DNA of 49,200 nucleotides from Deltaproteobacteria bacterium (GCA_021802685.1 JAJZRM010000001.1:1-49200), one strand, 5' to 3'. Shown: positions 1 through 10,324, counted from the first letter of the stretch. The notes: generated by a model from the letters alone, not told the origin. Numbers and translations are program-made.

Positions 1-422
1 AGCAGAAGCTCTTCTACCTTCCGGAGATGCACACGGACTACATCTTTTCGGTGATCGGGGAGGAGCTCGGGTTCGCGGGAGTCGCCCTGGTGGGGGCCTG
101 CTACATCACCGTGGTATGGGTCGGATTCCGGATCGCCCGCCGCGCGCGCGATCCGTTCGGGAAGTACCTCGCCATGGCTTTTTCGTCCGTCATCGGCATC
201 CAGGCGCTGATGAACATGATGGTGGGATTGAAGATGCTGCCGCCGAAAGGCATGGTGCTCCCCTTCCTGAGCTACGGGGGGAGCTCCCTGATCCTCCACC
301 TGGCGGCGATCGGCGTGTTGATGAACGTATCCCGGAAGGGGGCCGACGGCATTGTCGCTGAGAATGATCATCGCCGGGGGAGGGACCGGCGGGCACGTTT
401 TTCCGGGGATCGCCCTTGCTGA
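1..422 (+). CDS. ftsW: SEDS-family cell division protein FtsW, C-terminal part (5' end outside window)
   Basis: Frame is open from the window edge. Translation ...DYIFSVIGEELGF...MLPPKGMVLPFLSYGGSS... matches conserved FtsW/RodA C-terminal motifs. It lies directly upstream of murG as in dcw clusters. Stop TGA is at 420-422, inside the murG start region. Confidence 0.85.
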   Translation, partial: QKLFYLPEMHTDYIFSVIGEELGFAGVALVGACYITVVWVGFRIARRARDPFGKYLAMAFSSVIGIQALMNMMVGLKMLPPKGMVLPFLSYGGSSLILHLAAIGVLMNVSRKGADGIVAENDHRRGRDRRARFSGDRPC

Positions 423-1467
423 AGCGTTCCTCTCCCTTCGTCCCGGAGGCGTCGTCACATTCGTCGGGACGGAAACGGGCCTCGAGGCGCGGGCCGTCCC
501 GGCGCGGGGGTTCGGGATCGATTTCGTCCCCTCGGGACAGGTCCGGGGGAAGGGGCTGGCATCGCTTGCCGGGCTGTTGCGGATCGCGAGGGGGTTCCCC
601 GCGGCGGTGTCCGTCGTGAGGCGCCGCCGCCCGGACCTGGTCATCGGCGTGGGAGGGTACGCCTCGGTGCCGGTGGCGGCCGCGGCGGCGCTCCTGCGGG
701 TCCCGCTGTTCCTGCAGGAGCAGAACAGCGTGCCGGGGCGGTCGAACCGGTTCCTGGCGCGGCGCGCCGTCCGCGTGTTCGCCGGCTTCGCGGGCGCGGT
801 ACCCTTCTTCCCGCCGGGGAAATCGGAGGTCACGGGAAACCCGGTGCGGTCGGAGATCGTCGCCGCGGCGCGGGAGCGCGCGGACGACTGGCCGCCGGAG
901 GAGCCGTTCACGGTGCTGGCCCTCGGCGGGTCCCGGGGGGCGCGCGCGATCAACTCCCGGGTGCTGGAGATGGCCCGCAAGGGAAAGCGGGAGGGGAAGG
1001 CGATCCGGTTCCTGCTGCAGGCGGGGGAGGCGGAGCATGAAGCGGTGGAGAAGGCGGTGAGGGAGGAGGGGCTTCCGGTCGAACCGTTCCCGTTCACCGG
1101 GCGGATCGGCGAGATGTTCCCCCGGTGCCACGCCGTGCTGATGCGGGCGGGAGCCCTGTCCATATCGGAAGCCGCGCTGTTCGGCCGGCCGTGCGTCCTG
1201 GTGCCGTATCCGTACGCGGCGGACGACCACCAGGCGGGCAACGCGCGGGAGTACTGCGAGGCGGGCGCGGGGGCGTGGATGGCGGAAGCGGAGGCGACGG
1301 CCGAGGCGCTCTGGTCGTCCCTGTGGTCGCTCGCCGGCGACCGCGCGGCGCGGGAGCGGGCGCGGGCGGCGTCGCGCGCCTTCGCCAGGCCCGACGCGGC
1401 GTTCGAGGTGATCCGCAGGGCGCTGGCGCTTTCCGAAAACGTCCCTCCGGGGGGACGGGCCGCATGA
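352..1467 (+). CDS. murG: UDP-N-acetylglucosamine--N-acetylmuramyl-(pentapeptide) pyrophosphoryl-undecaprenol GlcNAc transferase
   Basis: N-terminus ..[22 protein letters not shown] is the MurG G-loop, and the context is dcw. The track start at 352 is TTG (GAAGGGGG about 9 nt upstream). ATG 364 is the alternative start. Confidence 0.92.
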   Translation: MSLRMIIAGGGTGGHVFPGIALAEAFLSLRPGGVVTFVGTETGLEARAVPARGFGIDFVPSGQVRGKGLASLAGLLRIARGFPAAVSVVRRRRPDLVIGVGGYASVPVAAAAALLRVPLFLQEQNSVPGRSNRFLARRAVRVFAGFAGAVPFFPPGKSEVTGNPVRSEIVAAARERADDWPPEEPFTVLALGGSRGARAINSRVLEMARKGKREGKAIRFLLQAGEAEHEAVEKAVREEGLPVEPFPFTGRIGEMFPRCHAVLMRAGALSISEAALFGRPCVLVPYPYAADDHQAGNAREYCEAGAGAWMAEAEATAEALWSSLWSLAGDRAARERARAASRAFARPDAAFEVIRRALALSENVPPGGRAA

Positions 1468-1483
1468 AGGGGGCTTGAAGGAA

Positions 1484-2851
1484 ATGTACCGGAAGGGTTT
1501 GCCCATCCATTTCGTCGGGATCGGCGGCATCGGGATGAGCGGGATCGCGGAGCTCCTGCTGAACCTGGGGTACCGCGTGTCGGGGTCGGACCTCCGGCGC
1601 TCCGACACGACGGACCGCCTGTCGGTGCTGGGAGCGGAGATCCGCCTGGGCCACGCGGCGGAACACGTCCCCGCCGACGGACACGTCGTGGTGACCTCCT
1701 CGGCGGTCCGGCCGGACAACCCCGAAGTCCTCGAGGCGCACCGCCGGAAGATCCCGGTGATCCCGCGGGCGGAGATGCTGGCGGAGCTGATGCGCATGAA
1801 ATACGGGATCGCCATCGCGGGAACGCACGGCAAGACGACGACGACCTCGATGGTGGCGACGGTGCTGGCGACGGCGGGGTGGGACCCCACGGCGGTGGTC
1901 GGGGGAAAACTGAACAGCCTGGGCTCCAATGCGAAGCTCGGCCAGGGGGAGTTCCTCGTCGCGGAAGCCGACGAAAGCGACGGCTCCTTCCTGAAGCTCT
2001 CCCCGACGGTCGCGGTGGTGACGAACATCGACCCGGAGCACCTCGACTTCTACTCCGGGATCGGCCAGATCAAGGAAACGTTCCTCCACTTCATCAACAA
2101 GGTCCCCTTTTACGGATTCGCGGTCCTGTGCATCGACCACCCCGACGTGCAGGCGCTCCTTCCTTCCGTGGTGAAGACCGTCGTGACGTACGGGTTCTCG
2201 AGGCACGCGGATTACCGGGCGGAAGGGCTGGTCTCCGGCGGGATGGCGAACCGCTTCACCGTCATCGCGCGGGGGGAGCCGTTGGGGGAAATGACGCTTC
2301 GCGCTCCCGGGCGGCACAACGTGAGCAACGCCCTTGCGGCGATCGCGGTGGCGACGGAGCTGGGGATCCCCCCCGGGCAGGTGCGGCAGGGGATCGCCGA
2401 TTACGCCGGAGTGGTGCGGCGGTTCCAGGTGAAGGGAGAGGCCGGCGGGGTCACGGTGGTGGACGACTACGCGCATCATCCCGTGGAGATCCGCGCGACC
2501 CTGTCGGCCGCGCGGGAGGTGTGGCCGGGCCGCCGGCTCGTCGTGGCGTTCCAGCCGCATCGGTACAGCCGGACGCGGGCGCTGTTCAAGGATTTCCTCT
2601 CGGCCTTCAACGAGGCGGACGTGCTGCTCCTGTTCGACGTCTACGCCGCGGGAGAGGAGCCGATCGCCGAGGCCGGCGGGGATCGCCTGTGCGAGGCGAT
2701 CCGGGAGCACGGGCACAAGGGGACGTTGTTTGCGGGGAAGGCCGCCGACGCGGGGGAAACGGTCCGTTCCCTCCTTCGGCCGGGCGACATATTCCTTACG
2801 ATGGGGGCGGGCGATGTCTGGAAACTGGGAGAGGGTTTCCTTACGGCGTGA
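1484..2851 (+). CDS. murC: UDP-N-acetylmuramate--L-alanine ligase
   Basis: [37 protein letters not shown] plus [11 protein letters not shown] (Mur ligase P-loop). ATG 1484 has GAAGGGGG about 10 nt upstream. The track ORF starts at TTG 1475, too close to that RBS. Confidence 0.93.
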   Translation: MYRKGLPIHFVGIGGIGMSGIAELLLNLGYRVSGSDLRRSDTTDRLSVLGAEIRLGHAAEHVPADGHVVVTSSAVRPDNPEVLEAHRRKIPVIPRAEMLAELMRMKYGIAIAGTHGKTTTTSMVATVLATAGWDPTAVVGGKLNSLGSNAKLGQGEFLVAEADESDGSFLKLSPTVAVVTNIDPEHLDFYSGIGQIKETFLHFINKVPFYGFAVLCIDHPDVQALLPSVVKTVVTYGFSRHADYRAEGLVSGGMANRFTVIARGEPLGEMTLRAPGRHNVSNALAAIAVATELGIPPGQVRQGIADYAGVVRRFQVKGEAGGVTVVDDYAHHPVEIRATLSAAREVWPGRRLVVAFQPHRYSRTRALFKDFLSAFNEADVLLLFDVYAAGEEPIAEAGGDRLCEAIREHGHKGTLFAGKAADAGETVRSLLRPGDIFLTMGAGDVWKLGEGFLTA

Positions 2852-2906
2852 GGGCGGGGGAAGCAGGGGGACGGCGGCTTTGAAAAGCATCGAGGTTTCG
2901 TTCCAC

Positions 2907-3764
2907 ATGAAGCTCCGGGACTACACCACCATGGGGATCGGCGGGGCGGCCGACCGGGTGGTGTTCCCCCGGTCGCCGGCGGAGGTCCGCGAAATTATCG
3001 CGGCGGAACGCCGGGCGGGGAGAACGGCGTACACGATGGGAGCCGGCAGCAACCTCCTCGTGTCGGACGCCGGGGTGGCGGCCACGGTCCTCTGCACCAA
3101 GAAGCACCTGTCCAAGGTGGTGTTCGTCGGGGGCCATTCGGTGATCGCCGAAGCGGGGGTCATGCTCCCCCGGCTGGCCGTCCTGTGCGCCCTCTCGGGG
3201 CTCTCGGGGATCGAGGGGCTCTCCGGCATCCCGGGTACGGTGGGCGGCGCTCTGACGATGAACGCGGGCGCCTACGGTCGGCGGATCGGGGAACTCACGG
3301 ATTGGGTGGAGGTGGCCGACGCGGAAGGCGAAATCCACCGGATCGAAGCGCGCGCCATCCGGTTCGGGTACCGGGAAACGGAGTTCCCCGTGCGCGGCGT
3401 CGTGGTCCGCGCGGGGTTCCGGTTCTCGGAGGCGACGCGGGAGGCGGTGTTCGAACAGATGCGCCAGTGGAACGAGAAGCGCCGCGTGAACCAGCCGTGG
3501 GGCGAGAAGACCTTCGGCTCCACCTTCCGGAACCCTCCGGCGGGAGAGGGCGCCGGGGCGCTGCTGGAGCGGGCGGGGATGAGAGGGGAACGGGAAGGGG
3601 AAGCGTGCTTCTCCGAGAAGCACGCCAACTTCATGGTGAACCGGGGCCGGGCCACGGCGTCGGACGTGCGGCGGCTGATGGCCCGCGGGCAGAAAGCGGT
3701 GCGGGACCTGTCCGGAGTCACCCTGGTTCCCGAAGTGAAGATGTGGGGGGAGTTCGATGTCTGA
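2907..3764 (+). CDS. murB: UDP-N-acetylenolpyruvoylglucosamine reductase
   Basis: KLRDYTTMGIGGAADRVVFP..., GAGSNLLV and a C-terminal MurB-type segment. The first 59 codons of the track ORF overlap murC and look non-coding. ATG 2907 has GAGG 11 nt upstream. TTG 2880 is a possible alternative start. Confidence 0.88.
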   Translation: MKLRDYTTMGIGGAADRVVFPRSPAEVREIIAAERRAGRTAYTMGAGSNLLVSDAGVAATVLCTKKHLSKVVFVGGHSVIAEAGVMLPRLAVLCALSGLSGIEGLSGIPGTVGGALTMNAGAYGRRIGELTDWVEVADAEGEIHRIEARAIRFGYRETEFPVRGVVVRAGFRFSEATREAVFEQMRQWNEKRRVNQPWGEKTFGSTFRNPPAGEGAGALLERAGMRGEREGEACFSEKHANFMVNRGRATASDVRRLMARGQKAVRDLSGVTLVPEVKMWGEFDV

Positions 3765-4686
3765 CCGCGAAAAAAACGAAGTACGCCGCGTGGGCGTGTT
3801 CTACGGCGGCGTCTCCGCGGAGAGGGAGGTCTCCCTCCGCACGGGCGCGGCGGTCGCGGCGGCGCTCCGCCGGAAGGGGCACGCCGTCCGGGAGATCGAC
3901 ATACGGGAGGACTGGCTGGGAACGGTCCGCGACGCGGGCGTCGACGCGGCCTTCCTCGCCCTTCACGGACGGTTCGGCGAGGACGGCTGCATCCAGGCGG
4001 CCTGCGAGCTGGCGAGGCTCCCCTACACCGGGTCGGGCGTCGCGGCTTCCGCCATCGCGATGAGCAAGGTGCTCGGGAAGCGGTTGGCCTCGGCCTCCGG
4101 CGTCCCGTGCCCGCCGGACGCGGTGTACGAGGGGGCGGGGATCGCGGGGGCGAAACCGCCGTCCTTCGGCTTCCCGCTCGTGGTCAAGCCGGACCGGGAA
4201 GGTTCGACCGTCGGCGTGACGATCGTACGCGGGCCCTCGGAATGGGAGGAGGCGCTGGCCACGGCGGCGCGGTACGACAGCCGCGTGCTGGCGGAGGGGT
4301 ATGTTCCCGGCCGGGAGATCACGGTGGCGGTCCTCAACGGCCGGGTGCTTCCGGCGATCGAGATCGTGCCGAAGTCCGGTTTCTACGACTACCGCTCCAA
4401 GTACACGGCGGGGGAAACGGAGTACGTGATCCCGGTGCCGATGGAGCGGGACATCCTGCAGCGCGCGGCGGAGTACACCCGGCGGGCGTCCCATGCGATG
4501 CAGCTGCGCGGCGCCGCCCGGCTCGATTACCGGGTCGACCCGGCGGGGAACGTGTTCTTCCTGGAGGCGAACACGATCCCCGGGATGACGGAGACGAGCC
4601 TCCTTCCCAAGGCGGCGAAGTTCGACGGCACGCCCTTCGACGATCTGGTCGAGGAGATCCTTTCGGACGCGGGGTTGTCGAAGTAG
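3757..4686 (+). CDS. ddl: D-alanine--D-alanine ligase
   Basis: RVGVFYGGVSAEREVSLRTG..., ATP-grasp body, ...EANTIPGMTETSLLPKAA. Its start overlaps the murB stop by 8 nt. Confidence 0.95.
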   Translation: MSDREKNEVRRVGVFYGGVSAEREVSLRTGAAVAAALRRKGHAVREIDIREDWLGTVRDAGVDAAFLALHGRFGEDGCIQAACELARLPYTGSGVAASAIAMSKVLGKRLASASGVPCPPDAVYEGAGIAGAKPPSFGFPLVVKPDREGSTVGVTIVRGPSEWEEALATAARYDSRVLAEGYVPGREITVAVLNGRVLPAIEIVPKSGFYDYRSKYTAGETEYVIPVPMERDILQRAAEYTRRASHAMQLRGAARLDYRVDPAGNVFFLEANTIPGMTETSLLPKAAKFDGTPFDDLVEEILSDAGLSK

Positions 4687-5532
4687 ATGATCGAGTACAA
4701 GGCATGCCACAAGACTTTCTCCGGGACGCGGGGGGGCGGGCGGCAGGCCGTCCGGAAGAAGGCCCGGCCCGGAAAGGAGGGCGGGACGGACCGGGGGGCC
4801 CGCCTGCGCGCCGCCGCCTGGATCACCGTCGTCCTGGCCGCCGTGGCCCTGGCGGGCGCGGCGAGCGTTTCCGCCTATTCTTGGCTGACGCGCTCCCCCC
4901 TGTTCTCGGTGCGCTCCATCGACATGAACCCCTGCGCGAACGTGACGCAGGAGGAGGTCTGGACGATCGTGCGCGGGGGGGGGAAGGGGAACATCTGGAC
5001 CGTCCCCGCCCGCGAGGTATCCAGGAAGCTGGCGTCGCACCCGTGGATCCGGTCGGTGTCGGTCCGCAAGGCCTTCCCCGACCGCCTCGTGGTGCGGATC
5101 GAGGAGCACCGGCCGGTGGCGATGGTGAACCTGGACGCCCTGTGGTACGTGAACGACGAGGGGAAGCTGTTCAAGCGGCTCACGGCGTACGATCCGAAGA
5201 ACCTGGCGATCGTCACGGGGTTTTCGGCGGGGGACCTCCGGGGGAGGGACGCGGTGACGATCCGGAACTTCCGGAAGGCGCTCGATCTGCTGCGGCTGGC
5301 GGAGGCGGGACCGCTGCGCAAGAACCTCTCCGAGGTCCATTTCGACGCGCAGGACGGGTACACGCTCGTCACGCGGGACACCGGCCTTCAGTTCAAGGTC
5401 GGCGGGTTGGATTTCCAGAAGGCGATACGGCGGGTGGAGGAGGCGTTGCCCCGGGTTTCCAGCCTGGGCCACGCTCCGGGCATCGTCGATCTCAAGACGG
5501 AGGGCCGCATCTTCGTGCGGCCGGGGGAATGA
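4687..5532 (+). CDS. ftsQ: Cell division protein FtsQ (basic N-tail, one TM, POTRA)
   Basis: Lies between ddl and ftsA. It has a single TM segment (AAWITVVLAAVALAGAASV) followed by a POTRA-like FSVRSIDMNPCANVTQEEV. ATG abuts the ddl stop. Confidence 0.8.
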   Translation: MIEYKACHKTFSGTRGGGRQAVRKKARPGKEGGTDRGARLRAAAWITVVLAAVALAGAASVSAYSWLTRSPLFSVRSIDMNPCANVTQEEVWTIVRGGGKGNIWTVPAREVSRKLASHPWIRSVSVRKAFPDRLVVRIEEHRPVAMVNLDALWYVNDEGKLFKRLTAYDPKNLAIVTGFSAGDLRGRDAVTIRNFRKALDLLRLAEAGPLRKNLSEVHFDAQDGYTLVTRDTGLQFKVGGLDFQKAIRRVEEALPRVSSLGHAPGIVDLKTEGRIFVRPGE

Positions 5533-6765
5533 ATGGACATCGTGGCGCATGATCAGGTGATCGCGGGGCTGGACGTGGGATCGAGCAACGTGACCACGGT
5601 CCTCGGGAGGAAGAGCCGGGACGGCGTGGAGATCTTGGGGATGGGGGAATGTCCCACCGAGGGGATGCGGAAGGGGGCGGTGGTGAACGTCGACGCCACG
5701 GTCAAGTCGATCCGCCAGAGCGTCACCGAGGCGGAGCGGATGACCGGGCTTTCCGTCGAGTCCGTCTTCGTCGGGCTCTCCGGCTCCCTCATCAAGTCGT
5801 TCAACAGCCACGCCGCCATCTCGGTGAAGAACGAGCGGGAGGTGACGAACGCGGACTTCACCCGGGTCCTCGAGATCGCGCGGACCGTGGAGCTGCCGAA
5901 CGACCGGGAGATCCTGCATGTCCTCACGCAGGAGTTCATCGTCGACGACATGGCGGGGATCAAGGACCCCCGCGGAATGACGGGAATCCGGCTCGACGCG
6001 CGCGTCCACGTGGTCACGAACGACGTCCCCGGGGCGCGAAACCTGCTCCGGTGCGTCGAGAAGGCGGAACTCGCCGTCGAATCGCTCGTCCTCTCCCCGC
6101 TGGCGTCCGCCGAGGCGGTGCTCACCGCCGAAGAGCGCGAGGTGGGGGTGGCGCTGATGGATTTCGGGGGCGGGACCGTGGAGATGGTGATCTTCTACGA
6201 CGGGGCCCTCCGGCACACCTACGTCCTCCCCCTGGGCGGGGGCAACATCACCTCCGACGTGGCGATCGGCCTGAAGCTCCCCTACGCGGACGCGGAAAGT
6301 TTAAAGACGGCTTCCGGGTGCGCCATGATCCAGAAGGTCCGCAGGGACGACCTGGTCGAACTGCCGGGCGTCGGCGGACGCCAGCCCAGGCCGCTGCGGC
6401 GGCAGCACCTGAGCGAGATCATCGAACCGCGGGCGGAGGAGATCTTCGCCCTGATGCGGAAGGAGATCCTGCGGTCCGGTTACGAGGACAGCCTGGGCGC
6501 GGGCGTGGTGCTCACGGGGGGCGGGGCGCTCCTGGACGGCCTGACGGATCTCGGCGAGCGGGTGTTCAAGCTGCCCGTCCGCCGCGGGAATCCCATCGGG
6601 ATCGGCGGGCTGGTGGAGGTCGTCAACAGCCCGTCCTGCGCCACCGCCGTGGGGCTGGTCCTCTATGGGGCGAGGGCGTTCGAAACGGTGGTCGGCCGCC
6701 AGGAGGAGTCTTCCGCGGAGGGGATCCTCGACCGCGTCAAGCGATACCTGTCGGAATTCTTCTGA
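5533..6765 (+). CDS. ftsA: Cell division protein FtsA (actin-like ATPase)
   Basis: VIAGLDVGSSNVTTVLG..., MDFGGGTVEMVIF, GVVLTGGGALLDGL. Sits directly before ftsZ. Confidence 0.93.
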   Translation: MDIVAHDQVIAGLDVGSSNVTTVLGRKSRDGVEILGMGECPTEGMRKGAVVNVDATVKSIRQSVTEAERMTGLSVESVFVGLSGSLIKSFNSHAAISVKNEREVTNADFTRVLEIARTVELPNDREILHVLTQEFIVDDMAGIKDPRGMTGIRLDARVHVVTNDVPGARNLLRCVEKAELAVESLVLSPLASAEAVLTAEEREVGVALMDFGGGTVEMVIFYDGALRHTYVLPLGGGNITSDVAIGLKLPYADAESLKTASGCAMIQKVRRDDLVELPGVGGRQPRPLRRQHLSEIIEPRAEEIFALMRKEILRSGYEDSLGAGVVLTGGGALLDGLTDLGERVFKLPVRRGNPIGIGGLVEVVNSPSCATAVGLVLYGARAFETVVGRQEESSAEGILDRVKRYLSEFF

Positions 6766-6795
6766 TACCGGAAGCCTGGAAAAAAGGGGGAACGC

Positions 6796-8001
6796 ATGGC
6801 GAAGACGGAACGGGAGGAAGGGAGGTCGCGCATGTTCAAGATCATCGAGGAGAACCGCTGCCAGGCCGTCATCAAGGTGTTCGGCGTGGGCGGCGGCGGC
6901 GGGAACGCCATCAACACCATGATCGAGGAAGGGCTGCAGGGGGTGGAGTTCATCGCGGCGAATACGGACGCGCAGGCCCTTTCGCGGAACCTCGCCCCCC
7001 TGAAGATCCAGCTGGGGGCGCGGCTGACGAAGGGGCTGGGGGCCGGCGCCAACCCGGACGTCGGGCGCGAGGCGGCCCTCGAGGACCGCGACCTGCTCCG
7101 CGAATCCCTCGCCGGCGCGGACATGGTCTTCATCACCGCGGGGCTGGGGGGAGGCACGGGAACCGGGGCGGGCCCGGTCGTCGCGGAGGTGGCGAAGGAG
7201 GTCGGGGCCCTGACGGTGGCCGTCGTGACGCGGCCGTTCACCTTCGAGGGGCAGACCCGGAAGCGGCAGGCGGACATGGGCTCGAAGGACCTGCGGTCCC
7301 TGGTCGACACGATCATCGTCATCCCGAACGAGAAGCTGCTCCTGATCGCGGGGAAGGACATGCGGTTCGTCGAGGCGTTCCGGAAGGTGGACGACGTCCT
7401 GTTCCAGGCGGTGCGGGGCATCTCGGAGCTGGTCACGAAGCCGGGCTACATCAACCTCGACTTCGCGGACGTGAAGACGGTCATGTCCGGGATGGGGGTG
7501 GCCCTGATGGGAACGGGATCGGCCTCGGGCCAGAACCGGGCCGTGGCGGCCGCGGAAAAGGCGATCTCGAGCCCCCTCCTGGAGGACGTGTCGATCCGCG
7601 GCGCCCGCGGGGTGCTCATCAACATCACGGCGGGGCCGTCCCTCTCCTTGAGCGAGGTCAACGAGGCGGCGAGCCTGATCCGCGAGGAGGCCTCCGACGA
7701 GGCGAACATCATCTTCGGGACCGTGATCGACGAGACGCTGGAGGACGAGCTGAAGGTCACCGTGGTGGCGACCGGCTTCGAGCCCAACGCCGCGGAAGGC
7801 CCGTGGCGGAATCCGAGGAAGGGGATCCAGCTGGTCAGCCGCACCGAGGACCTTCAGAAGCCGGCGTTCCTCCGGAACGCCGCGCAGCGGGGCGTCTTCG
7901 AGGAGCGGGTGGAGGAACTCCCCCTGATCGACAAGGAGGCGGAGATCGAGTCGCTGGACGATTTCGAGATCCCGACCTTCCTGCGCCGGCGGGGGGAATA
8001 G
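6796..8001 (+). CDS. ftsZ: Cell division GTPase FtsZ
   Basis: [18 protein letters not shown] and the tubulin signature [29 protein letters not shown] lies 5 nt upstream of ATG 6796. ATG 6832 is a possible alternative. Confidence 0.97.
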   Translation: MAKTEREEGRSRMFKIIEENRCQAVIKVFGVGGGGGNAINTMIEEGLQGVEFIAANTDAQALSRNLAPLKIQLGARLTKGLGAGANPDVGREAALEDRDLLRESLAGADMVFITAGLGGGTGTGAGPVVAEVAKEVGALTVAVVTRPFTFEGQTRKRQADMGSKDLRSLVDTIIVIPNEKLLLIAGKDMRFVEAFRKVDDVLFQAVRGISELVTKPGYINLDFADVKTVMSGMGVALMGTGSASGQNRAVAAAEKAISSPLLEDVSIRGARGVLINITAGPSLSLSEVNEAASLIREEASDEANIIFGTVIDETLEDELKVTVVATGFEPNAAEGPWRNPRKGIQLVSRTEDLQKPAFLRNAAQRGVFEERVEELPLIDKEAEIESLDDFEIPTFLRRRGE

Positions 8002-8021
8002 GAGGCGGAAGGGAAAGCGCC

Positions 8022-9746
8022 GTGGGAAGGCCGCCCCGCGCGGAGGCGCGCCGGCCCCGGGAAAGCGGCGCCGTCCGCAAGGAGTGGGGGGGCAGGAAGC
8101 GGATCGCCCTGGTCTACCCGAACGGGTACGCCGCGGGGATGTCGAACCTCGGTTTCCTGCTGGTCCATGCCCAGGTCAACACCCGGGCGGAGGCGTTGTG
8201 CGAGAGGGTCTTCCTTCCACGGCGGGCGGGACGGCGGGAGATCGTCCGCCCGGGAGGACGGCGGGCGCCGCCCGCGGCGGAACCGGCGGCGGGAACGACG
8301 CTGGAGAGCGGCCGTCCCCTTTCGGATTTCGACGTCGTCGGCTTCTCACTCTCCTATGAAAACGACCTCCTGAACCTCCCGGGGATCCTCGCCGCGGGCG
8401 GGGTTCCCCCTTTCCGGGAAGACCGCGCCGCTTCGGGCAGGCGGCACCCCCTGGTCGTCGCCGGAGGATTCGCGGCTTCCCTCAACCCCGAGCCGTGCGG
8501 CGTCTTCGCGGACGCGGTCGTGGTCGGGGACGGAGAAAGGGCGTTGGACGCCCTCCTCGGCCAGGGCGATCCCGCCCCGGCCGATCCCGGTTTCCTGCGC
8601 GCGCTGTCCGGCATCCCCGGGGTGTACGTCCCTGCGGGATATCGGGCCGAGCACGAGGCGGAAACCGGCGGCTCCCCGGCGCCCGGACGGCTCCTCGCCC
8701 TCCGACCTTTCCCCGGGTTCCCCGAACGCGTCGCCCGGGAAGTCCTCGACCTGCGCTCCCTCCCTCCTCCACCGCCCGTCGTGCTGGCGGAGGAAACCGA
8801 GCTCGGGAGCATGTCCCTCGTCGAAACGTCCCGCGGTTGCCCGAGAATGTGCGGTTTCTGCGCCGCGGCGCACGCCTGCCCGAACTTCCGGGAATTCCCC
8901 CTGGAGCGCGTCCGGGCCGCCGTCGACGCGGCGTGGCCGCAACGGAGGAAAGTGGGGCTGATCGGCGCGGCGGTGCTGGATTGGCGGCCGTTCCGGACGC
9001 TGGCGCGCGAGATCCTCGAACGGGGCGGAAGCGTGTCCCCCGCCTCGGTGCGCGCGGACCTCGTCGACGGGGAGATCGCGGAGATCTTGTCGCGAAGCGG
9101 GCACCGCACCGTGGCCCTCGCGCCCGAGTGCGGCGACGAGCGGCTGCGGGCGCGGGTGGGAAAGCGGGTGCCGGACGAGACGTTCTTCGAGGCGGCTTCG
9201 ACGCTTGTCCGCGCGGGGATCGTTTCGTTCAAATTGTACTTCCTGGTCGGCCTTCCGCGGACGACGGGGGAGGAGGAGGTCGAGGGGATCACGGGGTTCC
9301 TCGGGGAATTCCGCCGGCGAGTCCTCGCGGCGGCGCGGGCAGCGGGAAGGATGGGGACCGTCACCGCCGTCCTGTCCCCGTTCGTCCCCAAGCCGTCCAC
9401 CCCCCTCCAATGGGCGGCGATGGCTTCGGAGGAGGAGTTGCGGGCGCGGGAGGAAGGGGTGGCCGCGTTCGTCCGGACGATCCCCAATCTCCGGTGGACC
9501 GGGGAGCGGCCCCGCGACGCGGCGCTGCAAGGGTACCTCGGGCTGGCGGACCGCCGCGTGGCGAATGACCTTCGCAATGCGAGAGGGGGCCGGCTCGCCG
9601 CTTCGGCGACGGGCTTCGAACGGAGGCTCCGGTCGGCCGTGCGGCGGGAGAAGGACGCCGACGAGTTTTTCCCCTGGGACGTGGTGGCGGGCGGCCCCGC
9701 GAAGGAGGGGCTTCGGGCGCGGTACGAAGCGTACCGCGACGGTTAG
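8022..9746 (+). CDS. Radical SAM protein with B12-binding-like N-terminal domain (TIGR03960-like, function unknown)
   Basis: It is the 3' third of the 1365-aa track ORF. GTG 8022 is in frame, with GGAGGCGGAAGGG upstream. The N-terminal segment is RIALVYPNGYAAGMSNLGFLLVHAQVN. The radical SAM cluster motif is SRGCPRMCGFC (CxxxCxxC). Confidence 0.8.
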   Translation: MGRPPRAEARRPRESGAVRKEWGGRKRIALVYPNGYAAGMSNLGFLLVHAQVNTRAEALCERVFLPRRAGRREIVRPGGRRAPPAAEPAAGTTLESGRPLSDFDVVGFSLSYENDLLNLPGILAAGGVPPFREDRAASGRRHPLVVAGGFAASLNPEPCGVFADAVVVGDGERALDALLGQGDPAPADPGFLRALSGIPGVYVPAGYRAEHEAETGGSPAPGRLLALRPFPGFPERVAREVLDLRSLPPPPPVVLAEETELGSMSLVETSRGCPRMCGFCAAAHACPNFREFPLERVRAAVDAAWPQRRKVGLIGAAVLDWRPFRTLAREILERGGSVSPASVRADLVDGEIAEILSRSGHRTVALAPECGDERLRARVGKRVPDETFFEAASTLVRAGIVSFKLYFLVGLPRTTGEEEVEGITGFLGEFRRRVLAAARAAGRMGTVTAVLSPFVPKPSTPLQWAAMASEEELRAREEGVAAFVRTIPNLRWTGERPRDAALQGYLGLADRRVANDLRNARGGRLAASATGFERRLRSAVRREKDADEFFPWDVVAGGPAKEGLRARYEAYRDG

Positions 9747-9753
9747 GCGGCGT

Positions 9754-10155
9754 CTACCCCGCTGAAACGCGGACCATCACGTTCCGGGTCCTCGGGCCGT
9801 CGAATTCGCAGAGAAAGATCGACTGCCAGGTCCCCAGGACGAGCTGGCCGGCTTCGACGAACACGACGACGCTCGAACCGATAAGACCCGCCTTGATGTG
9901 GGCGTGGGCGTTCCCTTCGGCGTGAAGATAGGTGCCGGAGGAGGGAGCGATCTTCTCGAGACGGTCCAGGATGTCTTTCCGGACGTCCGGGTCGGCGTTC
10001 TCGTTGATGGTGACCGCCGCCGTGGTGTGGGGGATGAAGACCCGGCAGACGCCGCTTTTCACGCCGCTCTCGCGAACGACGATGCGCACCTGCTTCGTGA
10101 TGTCCAGGAGCTGCTGTTCGTTTTCGGTTTTCACGGTGATCGTCTTGAACCCCAT
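9754..10155 (-). CDS. yjbQ: YjbQ/UPF0047 family protein (secondary thiamine-phosphate synthase enzyme family)
   Basis: 133 aa. Key segments are CRVFIPHTTAAVTINENADPDVRKD...NAHAHIKAGLIGSS...GTWQSIFLCEFDGPR, typical of UPF0047. GAAGGAG RBS upstream. Confidence 0.85.
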   Translation of the reverse strand: MGFKTITVKTENEQQLLDITKQVRIVVRESGVKSGVCRVFIPHTTAAVTINENADPDVRKDILDRLEKIAPSSGTYLHAEGNAHAHIKAGLIGSSVVVFVEAGQLVLGTWQSIFLCEFDGPRTRNVMVRVSAG

Positions 10156-10229
10156 CCGCCGCTCCTTCGTTTCTTAAGGAAACGCTCCCCCCAATAAAAT
10201 GCTTACCACGGCAGGTCCCGAAAGGGCAA

Positions 10230-10259
10230 GACGGACCTTCGGCGGACGGACCTTCGGCG
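10230..10259. repeat. Perfect 15-bp tandem duplication (GACGGACCTTCGGCG x2) in the intergenic region
   Basis: Read directly at 10230-10244 and 10245-10259. Lies between the MshEN-repeat gene stop and the yjbQ start. Confidence 0.9.
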
Positions 10260-10324
10260 GCGCATCGACGCTCTCGGTGCGGGCTCGAAAACAAATACGT
10301 CGCCGTAATTATGAAGCGCGGCAC

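Noticed and set aside
190-6216. Very long antisense ORFs across the dcw cluster: 190..2028, 1094..2908 and 3718..6216, all minus strand, 600-830 aa.
   Set aside because: Their translations are Arg/Pro/Gly/His-rich with no recognisable motifs. They lie exactly opposite genes with unmistakable family signatures (murG, murC, murB, ddl, ftsQ, ftsA). These are typical stop-poor antisense frames of a high-GC genome.
5649-8021. The 5' two-thirds of the 1365-aa plus-strand ORF 5649..9746.
   Set aside because: It is off-frame across ftsA and ftsZ and has an Arg/Gly-rich translation. Only the portion from GTG 8022 onward shows protein-like sequence (the radical SAM enzyme).
10230-10259. The 15-bp perfect tandem duplication, considered as a possible regulatory repeat or mini-array.
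   Set aside because: There are only two copies with no spacer structure, and it is not part of a hairpin. It is most simply a replication-slippage duplication. It is kept as a repeat feature only.
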